Positions 1-10,046 of a stretch of DNA of 20,000 nucleotides are shown here, one piece after another. Numbering within the stretch: the first letter of the stretch is position 1; the number at the start of each line of letters is the position of its first letter. This stretch comes from Thelocarpon superellum (Eukaryota): the NCBI GenBank assembly GCA_026025795.1, contig JAPEUG010000034.1, positions 55,976 through 75,975 on the forward strand. Reading direction: 5' to 3'. The translations under genes and the position numbers were made by a program. The notes below the pieces were generated by a model, which worked only from the letters and a program-made list of their open reading frames with translations, was not told the origin of the DNA and did no database searches.

Positions 1-305
1 GATCGTCGTGGAGCTGCGGCATCCCACCCTGAACCGACAACTGGTCGAGGTCGCTGTAGAGAAGGCCCGTATCTGCAGCCCAGTCAGTCTCGTGTGTCAC
101 ATCTCATCAACAAGCAACACCCACTGGTAAAGTTATCCGGATTCTGTGCCAGCGGATTCCAGTTCACCAGCCCACCATCAATGTACAGTCGGCGATCGAC
201 GACCGCGGTCTGATGTCCAAACCGACGACAGAAGTCATCGAGCGGGTCTTCTGTTGCATGGCACGCCACGATCAAGGAAAGAACGAGCACGCTCTTATCC
301 CACAT
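1..305 (-). CDS. Secreted/cell-surface kelch-repeat-like protein, 5' part only (runs off the window start); intron 73-124; alternative ATG at 326
   Basis: Signal-peptide-like MWDKSVLVLSLIVACHA is followed by DPLDDFCRRFGHQTAVVDRRLYIDGG, a kelch-like GH..AV...LYI.GG motif typical of fungal 'cell wall anchored' proteins. Intron GTGGGT..GACTGAC..GCAG restores the frame to NTGLLYSDLDQLSVQGGMPQLHDD. Confidence 0.65.
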
Positions 306-1710
306 GATCCGCCGTGTTGTCCACATCGCCGACGAGGATGCTGAGGAGAACAAAGGAAAGGAACGAAGGAAAGGGACGACTCGAGGACGGTCAGCATGTA
401 GCCGGTGGGTACGTCCACGAGAGAATCAAGAGATCGAATGGCCTCGGCACAATTGACAGTGAAAGAGGGAAGTGCGAGAATGGGCACGGCTGACTGGCGC
501 CATCGTCGGAGAGGGACAAGGCCGACATGGGCTGGGAGGATGGATGAGCTGTGGTATATTGGCGAAAGGGAGCAGCGTGGCGCATTTTCACGCCCGCAGC
601 CATTGCTCGAGCTTGACCCTGGCGGCTGGAGGATCGGTCTTGGTGGAAGCCATGTGGCAGTGGCACGGATCATGGCAGGGATGAGTGCAGGATGACGCCG
701 TCACCATCTGGAGACGACGTACTTTCGCCATCGTCACCACAACCCGGAGACCGTGGAGGGCCGCTCGAAGACACTGGAACAGACGGGGCACGGCCAAGCG
801 CGATGGAAGGGACACATTCGGAAACCGGGCGGATCCGACGCGACGGACGGACCCCACGATGTGAAACACCGTCGGCGCTGTGAGCCGCGAGCTGGCTTTG
901 ATGGAGATCTTGCCGCTGCGTCTACTAGACTACACTGTATACGGAGCCCCACCAGGTTGTAGCCGGGGCATTTGGCCACCGCTCTGGGCGCTTCTTTCGG
1001 AACTTGACCGAGAGTCGTGTCGCTTCTGTCCGTCACTCGTCGCCTCCGCCATCGTCCTCCAAGCAGGACTGGATCATAAACGTAGTACTCGTACGAAGAG
1101 ACCCGGGCTTGGGTTGCAGAGCAGAGTGTAAAGCCGTCGTCGAGATCGAGGATTTCCACCGTCTGGTCGGGTAAGTGAAAGATGGCGCGACAGGCGACAG
1201 AATGTCGACGATGCTCGGGGGAGCCTCAAGTCACAATCGTGTCAATGGTATTTGGGTGAGCGGCAAGGATGGCTCCGTCGGCGCTAGTGGATCTCCCGGA
1301 CATCCCTGCCAAAGCCATTCGCTTCGTGGGACCGCACCAACACCTCGTCCTCGACTGCAATTTTAGTCCCGGGTCCTCCTTCACGATACCGGATCTGTCT
1401 GGGAGAGCTGTTTCGCGGGTCCATCCTTCTGTTGAGGTCCTGCTGTTGATGTTAAATGACCTCGATCGGATTCCCTGAGGACGCGTTGCCAGAATGAGAG
1501 CGGCAGCAGTGACGTGCCGTAACGCCCGGCCGCGGATGCGTCGGCGTCTACCCAGAGGACCACGATAGACTTGGACCAAGTGTCCTCAAATGGCCCAAAT
1601 GTATCACTCAAGTCTCGGGGTAAATTCGCCACGGCATATCCCAGTCTAGACTCCTGACCCAACCGTCTACTCCGACATTATGCTCCATATGGACGATCAT
1701 GACTCCCACT

Positions 1711-3133
1711 CTACGCCACCACATCGTTGGCTTCCCTCTCCTCTTGCGCCTCATCACCCCTGGCTGGCCACTGGTCGTGGTAGATGGACTCCAGGACGAC
1801 GCGAATCTCCCGCAGGAAGCGTGTCACTTCGTCCTCCACCCCGACCGTAATCCGCAAGCAGCCCAGGCAGCCATATTCCATCCCACGGAAGCGGACCACC
1901 ACTCCTTTGCTCGCCGCCAGGCCTTGGTACACCGCTAGTGCCACCTCGTTGCTAGGCCTTCCCCCTGGCGCATCGAGCATCTCCACCAGGAGGAAGTTGG
2001 AGTCTCGTCCACCAAGAAACCGGCCCACGCCGCGAATCTTGGGGAGCTCATCGAGCAGCCGGTCGCGCTGAAGCATGATCTTGGTCCGGTGCTGACGCAT
2101 GATAGCTACGTTGGCCGGCGACAGGGCGATGCGGGCCAAGGCGCTGGTGGGCGCCGGGATATTGTAGGGTGCCTTGACGTTGTTCATCAAGGCGGCGATG
2201 GGCGCGGCCGTAAACACCCCGCCCAACCGGATGCCCGCCATGCCAAAGGCCTTACTGAGTGTCTGCATCACCACGAGGTTTGGCCATTCGAGCACCTCCT
2301 GGGCAAGACTGGCGCCGTCCGGGGCAAAGTCAACATATGCTTCATCCACGACGACCAGTCCGTTCCACGTTGAATGTTCGAGGATATCTCTCAACGCCGC
2401 ACGTGAGATCAGACTCCCCGTCGGGTTGCCCGGGGAGGTGACGTAAACAAGCTTGATGTGTGCGTCTTGTGAGAGTGCGTCTTTGATCGCCGCTGGCCGT
2501 AGCGAAAAGTCGGCCGGGTCCAGCGGGAGCGGGACGACTTCCACGTCGTTCACGTGGGCGGACACGGCATACATGCCGTAGGTGGGCGGACAGGTCAAGA
2601 TCTTGTCAACGCCGGGGCGGCAAAAGCACCGGAGTAGGCTGTCGATGGCCTCGTCCGATCCCACGCCGACGAAGACATTCTCCGGACGCAGTTGGCCTTG
2701 GTGGGGGTCGACGTTCCGTAGATCGCAGAGCAGCTGTTTAACGTCGTGCTGGTGTCTGTCGTCCTTTAGCATCGACCGTCGACCACCTCGGCGGCGTGAG
2801 TCGTAAACGTACGGGTCTGGATAGCGATGCAAGCCCGAGAGATCAAACGGAGAGGCATGGGCCTCGCCATTGGCGCTGCCGTTTGTAGACTCACGCTTCA
2901 ATCGCCCGTGGGAATCCAAGTCTAGACTGGGTCCATAGGCATTTTCATTGGCATCCAACAGGATGTTGGTCCCATCGTCTTTATAGTCACTAGTTCGCCA
3001 GCCTTAGAACGACAGTGTACGTGAGAGCATGAGATTGACCCACTTACTCTCTCGCACATCGGTAAGGTTTCAAGGTCAAGATGTTTGGTCTTGCACATGT
3101 CTCGAGGCGGAAAGGGACTTGGCGAGGTGACAT
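1711..3133 (-). CDS. HIS5: Histidinol-phosphate aminotransferase; introns 2990-3047 and 2756-2812
   Basis: Spliced N-terminus MSPRQVPFRLETCARPNILTLKPYRCARDDYKDDGTNILLDANEN. Motifs RYPDP, GVGSDEAID, PPTYGMY, SPGNPTG, VVDEAYVDF and the PLP-lysine motif TLSKAFGMAGIRLG. Confidence 0.96.
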
Positions 3134-3237
3134 GTCGCGTCGATGCCGCCGGCATCGGCAGCGTCCGAATCTGTGAACAGACTTGGTGAAGGGTGGAGGA
3201 GGGTGGTGGAGAAAAAGTCATGGTGGGATTCACAATT

Positions 3238-3246
3238 ATGACGCAT
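3238..3246. promoter_or_regulatory. Possible Gcn4/CpcA response element upstream of HIS5
   Basis: ATGACGCAT is one mismatch from ATGACTCAT and lies about 105 bp upstream of the HIS5 ATG. Histidine genes are classic general-control targets, but a motif this short could occur by chance. Confidence 0.3.
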
Positions 3247-3455
3247 CGCCATTTTGATAGACGTCCAACGCGCTTGGGCCTGGCGCGGGGCCTCCCTGAT
3301 CGGATCCTGGCCTGTGCTCTAATCTCACGAATCCACCAGGTCAAAAGGGTCGGCAAAGAAGAGACATTCTATTCGACTATTCGTTCCTGGTCTACGGGCT
3401 CGGATTACGACCACTGATCTCGCTGGTACACCGCGACCGTCTCCAAAGCGCACTT

Positions 3456-6400
3456 CTATTCTCGTCCCGTCACCTCAAGAATGGGGCGCACACACGAGTC
3501 GGCGGCGGCTTCGAGAGCACCGCCTTCGTCCATGGCCTCGGCCGCCAACGCGCCGATACCCTCGGCCGCCGTCCCATTTTCGTATGTGAGTCGCTTCCAT
3601 CCTGTCGGCTCCGAGGGATCTTTGATGAATTCCATCGTCGGGAACTAGAGCCGGTCAGTCCGTGGGCTTCATCCTGACCATCCATGCTCATCACTCACAT
3701 AGTGCTCGTTCTTCTTCATCGTCACGACCCACGGTACGTTATCGAAGGTGACCGCCTTCAGGCGGAAATCTGTTCGCGTGTAGGTCAGTCGGCGTCCGGC
3801 ATTGGTGGGCGGAGACACGTACAGGTGTTGTCGGGGATCTTGTTCACCTGCTCGAGGAAGGAGCCCAGATCTGGCGTCTGGGTGCCATTGACCGCCGTGA
3901 TGAAGTTGGTGGGCGCAAGCCCGTACTGGTAGGACGGAGATCCTCGCGTCTAGCAGGAAGTCAGCCGCGCGCCGTCCGGACGCCAGGGGTGGGCGCGATA
4001 CGTACCCTTGCCGAAACGTAGATCTCCGAGTGCATCTTGCTGCTCTGCTGTCGCACAGCATGGTGGGGCGCGTGCAGCACCGCGCCACAGAAGATGACGG
4101 CCCGATCGGTCTCGAGGTCCTCGGTCGGGACGGTCGGGACCTTGATGTGCATCTCCTGCGACTTGCGCACAATCACGGCGTCGAGCTCGTCGTGGTCGTA
4201 CATGATGTCCAGCTCCGACACGCGCGTCATGAGCTTGCCGTTCAGGGTCAGAAGCACGTCGCCCTCTTGGAGCGTCTGCGGATGGCCGCACTCCACCTTC
4301 CGCACCATGAAGAGCTGGTGGCGCTCGGGATTCTCCGCCTCGACGCGCTGGATCCACTCCTCCGACACGCCCATGATCCGCACCTGGCTCATCTGCGCCG
4401 TGTTGAACTCGACGTTGATGATGCGGAGGTTGGGCACGTCCCCGCGTTGGATCTGTCGCACAATGGGCACCAGCGATGGTGTCGCCATGCCGATGTGGTA
4501 CTCAATGTCCTTGTTGTTGCCACTCGTGCGTTCGCCCAGGTAGCAGAGCCAGAGCGCCTGCACGGTGCCATCCTCGGCCACCAGCACGCCGCTGCCGCAC
4601 TGGCTGCTCAGGTTTGTGTCGACGGTGATGGCGTCGAGGTTGATGGCGTGGTAGCGGGGCGCGGCCGTGTTGGCGGGGATGGTCACCGTCGTGATGTCCG
4701 TCACCGTCGTCTTGGCCACGACGACGCGCAGATTCTGATTGAACCCCAGGAAGATGGTCGACGCGCCTTGCTTGATCGCCTCCTCGCTCAGTGTGGCGCT
4801 CTGCACCGGGGCTTGGACCAATGACGGGTCGTACTGGATGATGGCGTAATTCTCGAGCGGGTGCATGAACAACACCTTGCCATCTACCACGATCGAGTCC
4901 GCCACCGTGACGAAGATGTCGCACATGTCGTAAGGCACGATGGCGCGCGACACCACCACCAAGCCCTTGGCGGCGTCCACGACCAGGCCGAAGCCGATCT
5001 TGTTAGTCCAGGGGAAGCCATCGAGCTTGACGTGCATGGAGCACGTGATGCGTACGAAGCTGCGCACCACGTCCGCCGCAGCCGGGATGTTCAGGCTGTC
5101 GAGCCGGATGAAGTTGGCCTTGCGCGGCACCGGGGCGTTCGGCGGCAGCGCTTCGGCCAGCGTGGTGAAGTCCCACTTGCCGCTCACGTCGTTCCGCACC
5201 GCCAGCTTCATCCGGCTGGTCCAATGCCGGTCGATGTAGAGGATGCTGGTGTTGAGCGTGTGCAGGTCACGTAGGTGCTTATACGTCGCTACCACGCGCT
5301 CGCGGTCAGGGATGGCTTTCATCACCTCCACAAAGGTGTCCAGATCCGGCGTGTCCTGCTGGTTCACCGATTGGATGATCCAACCCTGCTCCGTCCCGTC
5401 AAACTTGAACGACCCCGCCGCCTCGCACACGAAGACCCCCTTGACCGCCACGGCGTAGAGACGCGCTTGCTGGTAGGAGAGATTGTGGAAGGCAGCTCCG
5501 GCCACGGTGACGAAGCGATCGGGCGTGATGGCATGGAGGTCGCCGACGTCTAGCTCCACATCGAGATCCTGACCGCCGCGCTGCACCGTCAAGCGCAGCT
5601 TCTGGCCCACGCTGTCGTCCAAGATGGCATCCAGATGCACAAACTGCGTCAGGAGCTTCCCGTTGACCTTGATGAGCACATCCCCCTCTTCGACCTTCTC
5701 ATCGGCCGGACCCTCGGGCAGGACGATCTCCGCCACTAGCATGCCCGTCTCCTTGGGGAAGGACTCGCGAATCGCTTTCTCCCAGTGAGGCGTCAGTCCG
5801 AGCCGGCGGCACTCATCGAATGGCTTGATCATCCACTGGCACTGAATCGTGCCGCGGCTCACCGCCTCGCCCCGCTGGATGCATTGTAGCGCGCGTAGGG
5901 GTCGGTCGAGGGGCAGGAAGTAATCCGTCGCCGCGCCATCCGATCGACCACCGGCCTGTAAGGCGATGGCATGGCCGTCCATGTTGACCACGGGACTGCC
6001 GGAGCTACCTCCGCTGGCGGCGGCTGCTGCCTGAATGTAGTTGGTATCTGTCTCGGTCAGCGTCATCCAGGGCGGGTTGAGCACGCGGGCGTGGCACGGC
6101 GTACTGAAGTCACTGTATCCTTCGCCATATTCTGGGGCATTCCGGTCGAGGCGACTGATGACCCCCGACAAGATACTCAGCTTCTCGCCCGCGTCATTAC
6201 CGACGACACGAATCTCGACGCCGACGCCTGATGCGTGTTAGCGGTGCAGGGTCAGGGGAAGCGGAATGGAGTGGTCCATACGGGCCAGATCTGGTCGCAA
6301 GGCCAACGCCGACAAAGGCATGTACTTGATCGCTTTCGGATCGAAGCGCAAGATACCAAAGTCATGGACGGGGTCCCGGTAGACGGGGTAGACATCGCAC

Positions 6401-6956
6401 TGCGTCGCACGTCAGCCGGCCGATCTGGTCTTCAGGGTGCCACCACCCGACCGTGGACATACCTCCTCATGATTGTCAAAGATACAGTAGCCCCAAAAGG
6501 GTCCGGCGCCGACGACCTGATCAGAGGCAGCGTTAGTGAAGCTCGACGGTGGGAGCGTGGGTGCGGGTGGGTGACAGAGCTTACGTGTCGGTTGGTCAAG
6601 ATGTAGCCGCGCTCGGAATCGACGACAAAGCCCGTGGCTTCGCTGGAGACGGCGGACTCGGTGTCAAAGGAGCAGGTCTGACAGAAGCGGATGGAGACGA
6701 CGTTCTGCACGACGTTCTCGATGGTGGCTTGCCACTCGGCGGAATCGGCGGCGATGGGAGCCAGCGAGAGCAGATGGCCAGGATCGACGTCGCTCTCGTC
6801 GTCGACCATGTCCGATTCGACGGAGCCATTGGGCGGCAGATCGTCGGCGTCCATGGAATCGATGGGATGAGCTTCGGGCTTCATCTGCTTAGACGGCCGG
6901 TGCCCGACCGGCGCTGGAGGGTGCTTCCGTTTACGAGGATCATGCATCTGGTCCAT
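3456..6956 (-). CDS. NMA111: Pro-apoptotic HtrA-like serine protease Nma111/Ynm3 with PDZ-like domains; 7 introns (6517-6584, 6400-6462, 6228-6281, 6048-6104, 3950-4005, 3770-3822, 3645-3698)
   Basis: Basic NLS-like PRKRKH near the N-terminus, then [18 protein letters not shown] and SEATGFVVD. Catalytic triad motifs TNRHVV, PVHDFG and [10 protein letters not shown]. Second, degenerate protease-like half. C-terminus [22 protein letters not shown]...GRE*. All seven introns are GT..AG with branch-like motifs. Confidence 0.95.
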
Positions 6957-7746
6957 GTTGGTAGCCTTGACTAGATCCGATCGTCCCCTGCGGCTCCGGC
7001 AGCCTGCCTGGCAGCTGGTGGCGTCGGGGATGAACAAGGACGGCCGCCGCGGAGCTTGCACACACCACGATCGCCGCGGCCACGCTGGGACGACAATGCG
7101 ATCATAGACCCGGCCGGACGATGAGCCGACGAAGCTGACCGGCGCTGTGGCGATCCAGGCACGACCCAGTGCTGTTCCGCGCGGCGTCCACCGCGTGCGG
7201 CTGCTGGGCCCGGACAGAGGAAGACTCTGCAGACTACGAGCTAGAACGACATGGCGGCGAGCACACATTCAGCTGACGCGCTGCATAAATCCGTAGGCCT
7301 CCGTGACAGGCACCTCGTTCACGGCAAAAGAATTGTCAGGCACAAGTTGTCCCGCCGGCGCTCGCTCTTTCCCTCTTGCTCGCACGCGCGGATCATTGCG
7401 AGCGGGACTGGCGTGTTAGAGGAGCTCCGTCCGCCGTATTGGAACGAGGCTCGCCATCCTTTACCGTGGTTGAGCTTGGCAGGCCGCACCACGGGGCGTC
7501 ACAAAGACCCTGTCCCGGTCCCATCAGGGCCTCTCTAGCTCACCGTAGCCGCAGTAGTTGGAAAATCCTACTCGTCACATCCCATGAGGAGGAGTGAATA
7601 GTGCTGAACGGGTCAAACCTCTGTGGAGATCCACCGAGAACCCGAATAACTCGCATGCTGGCTGACCTCATCGGCCAATGGATCCGTCTAGTCTATAAGT
7701 CTATGTACATGTCGCAAGCGCCGATTGGATTGGATGTCTTGCGGCA

Positions 7747-9423
7747 TCATGGGGATGGGGACGGACTCTTCGCCTCATCCTTGCTCCCGTCGGCCCCCTT
7801 GGCCTTCTCCGGGTCCGCGTTGGTCTGTGCTTCACGAGCCTGTTCGGCCTGGCGATCTTGCACCCGGCCTTGACGTCCTTTCTCGACCTTGTCGCCGAGA
7901 TATCGCCAGGTTCGACCCACCCCGGCGGTCAAGACTCCCTTGAGGCTCTGCGTCGTGCTGGGCCAGTTGATGGTCTTCTTAATGACCCCCACCATTTCCT
8001 GCTTCAGATGCTCGTTATCCGTGGCAATGCGCTGTTCGAACCGCCCGCCTTGCCGTCGATTGATCCGCGTCCCGTCCTCATCCACGCTCTCGTCCATCAT
8101 CTTGTTAAACTCGAGCTGGGGAATCTGGAACTTGCTCTGGTAGCGGAAATATAGCTTCTCGCGAAAGTGTTTCGGGAGCCGCCGGACCATGTTCCCTCGC
8201 TTGACCGGGTCCATGTCCTGCGCAAGTGCCGCCACGGCATTCGGATCGTTGCCCCATTGTGGCTTGCTGCATTGCGGATCATCAAAGTCGACGTTGGGCA
8301 GATTCTCAATCAGCGGCGCGTAGAGCTGACGAAAGTTGGTCATCTGGTTGTCCACGATGTTGGCCACCTTGTGCGGATTCTCCGTTGGTAGCGACATGCG
8401 TGGATCACCCAGATAGCTGATGCTGGCGATGGTGCTGTAGAGCTGGTGTTCGTCGAAATGAGCCGGCAGCAGTAGTAAGGCGGTGCGAAGAGCGGAGATG
8501 AGATTGATCTGGTTCGCCAGTCGCACACGCGGGTCGTCGCGCAGGATTTTGACCGGCTTCTGGAGACGTCCGGCGAGGTACAGCGACTCCCAGCCGCTCA
8601 AATCCTGACAGAGCGTGTCAAGGTTGACGACACCGTATTTGATCAAAGTGCCGTTGACCATCACGTAAGGATTGAAGTACACACCGGCGCCCCAGCGGTC
8701 TTGCACCCTTGACACGAAGCCGGAGCCGAGAGAGCCAATCAGTGAGTAATGGTCCCGATGTTGCTGTAGGTTGAGCGAATGCCAGTGCTGGGTGTAAGAG
8801 ACGCCAAACATCATGTCGATCATCTTCCCTCGCCCGTGTGGGGCGGCGGGAGTGGCGGGGGACGAGCCTGACAAGGTCGAGCCGGCGCTTTGTGGGAAGA
8901 CGCCCGAGCCATAGGCAAATGCATAACGGATCGGTGCGCGAAACTGCCACAGGATCTGGCGCAAAGCTTCCTTGAACTCCTTGTTGATGATCATATGTTG
9001 ATTCACCCCGAAGCCTGAGTGCGGCAATTGCGAGAAGGCCGAGATGCTCAGATCGGGGTTTTCCTCCCAGTCTGCTGGCGCTTTGGACGTAGGATCCGAT
9101 GAGGTCGAGGTCGAGGAGGCAGAGGAGGCAGAGGAGGCAGACGATGCGGACGAGGTAGCCGCATCGCTGTGAGAAGGAGTGTCGGATGGGGAGGATTCCC
9201 GGGAGGTAGATGGAGGTGAAGAGGGTCCAGAGGCGAAGGTTCGTCCCGACAATCTCAGGGGGTTCCGTGGCCCACGGTCGCCACTGACTGGTTCCAGCCG
9301 GTGAACGGGAATCAACCTGATGGGCCCGAGGAACCTGGCCATCTTCACAGCACTATCAGCCTTGCAAGCCCGTGGCATGCCAGGGCCAGAGGCTTGACGT
9401 ACCTGGACAGCATGTAAGGCCAT
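7747..9423 (-). CDS. TAM41: Mitochondrial phosphatidate cytidylyltransferase Tam41/Mmp37; start uncertain (ATG 9441, 9423 or 9342); probable in-frame intron 9343-9402
   Basis: Motifs APIRYAFAYGSGVFPQ, MIDMMFGV, HWHSLNLQQHRDHYS, GAGVYFNPY, IKYGVV, LYLAGRLQKPVKIL, ISYLGDPR, ENPHKVANIV. The N-terminus (MARFLGPIRL...) is Arg/Ser-rich and presequence-like. Confidence 0.93.
   Translation of the reverse strand: MALHAVQVRQASGPGMPRACKADSAVKMARFLGPIRLIPVHRLEPVSGDRGPRNPLRLSGRTFASGPSSPPSTSRESSPSDTPSHSDAATSSASSASSASSASSTSTSSDPTSKAPADWEENPDLSISAFSQLPHSGFGVNQHMIINKEFKEALRQILWQFRAPIRYAFAYGSGVFPQSAGSTLSGSSPATPAAPHGRGKMIDMMFGVSYTQHWHSLNLQQHRDHYSLIGSLGSGFVSRVQDRWGAGVYFNPYVMVNGTLIKYGVVNLDTLCQDLSGWESLYLAGRLQKPVKILRDDPRVRLANQINLISALRTALLLLPAHFDEHQLYSTIASISYLGDPRMSLPTENPHKVANIVDNQMTNFRQLYAPLIENLPNVDFDDPQCSKPQWGNDPNAVAALAQDMDPVKRGNMVRRLPKHFREKLYFRYQSKFQIPQLEFNKMMDESVDEDGTRINRRQGGRFEQRIATDNEHLKQEMVGVIKKTINWPSTTQSLKGVLTAGVGRTWRYLGDKVEKGRQGRVQDRQAEQAREAQTNADPEKAKGADGSKDEAKSPSPSP
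9113..9139 (+). repeat. (GAGGAGGCA)x3 tandem repeat within the Ser-rich linker of TAM41
   Basis: Three exact 9-bp copies encoding Ala-Ser-Ser repeats on the minus strand. Confidence 0.8.
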
Positions 9424-9908
9424 CAAGTTTGGTCTCTTCATTGGACAGTCATGGATGTTGAAGCAGGTAGACGAGACAGAAAGCGTGGCACCCACGAACC
9501 ACCCATCGCCATTGAGCCATGAACGAGTGATTCGAATGTTCCAAACGTCTGCATTCCATCCCTCAGGCAGCGGGCATCACAAACTTGGAGACGTGACACT
9601 CTCGACTGACTGCTGACTAAGGTGCACCGAGCACCTAGGACAATTTTCTGGCCCCTTGGAGATGTGCGGTAACTTCCGTCTGTACCATGGGACCGCCAGC
9701 TACCTCCACTTGAACATCTACCTCGAATGTCTGACCATCTATGTGGAGAGTGAGGAAATGCTGGTGTTCCTTGATGATGATTTGCGATTGTATAAGGAGC
9801 CTCTCACACCGGAGCCGTAACATGTTACCACAATGCTGCTCACTCTTGACAAGCGGCGCCTCCGGGCAGCGGGGAAGCTGTTTTCCGCTCGGTGAAAGTA
9901 GCTTCAGT

Positions 9909-9917
9909 TCACGTGAC
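9909..9917. promoter_or_regulatory. Cbf1-type E-box (GTCACGTGA on the minus strand) in the divergent TAM41/BIR1 promoter
   Basis: TCACGTGAC matches the RTCACGTG consensus and lies about 130 bp upstream of the BIR1 ATG. Confidence 0.4.
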
Positions 9918-10046
9918 TTCGAGACAATTACGCGAGGCGCTCCTCACGCCGAGCGCAGCTGCGGCCTGGTCACAACAAACCTTTGTTGACAGGCTCGCAC
10001 TTCTCCTCCACACCATCGTCCAAGGTTCTCACCATCGCCCGCCACC

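Noticed and set aside
4030..5553. Long plus-strand ORFs (for example 4030-4824, 264 aa) antisense to NMA111
   Set aside because: Shadow ORFs expected from strong GC3 codon bias of the real minus-strand gene; no recognisable domain.
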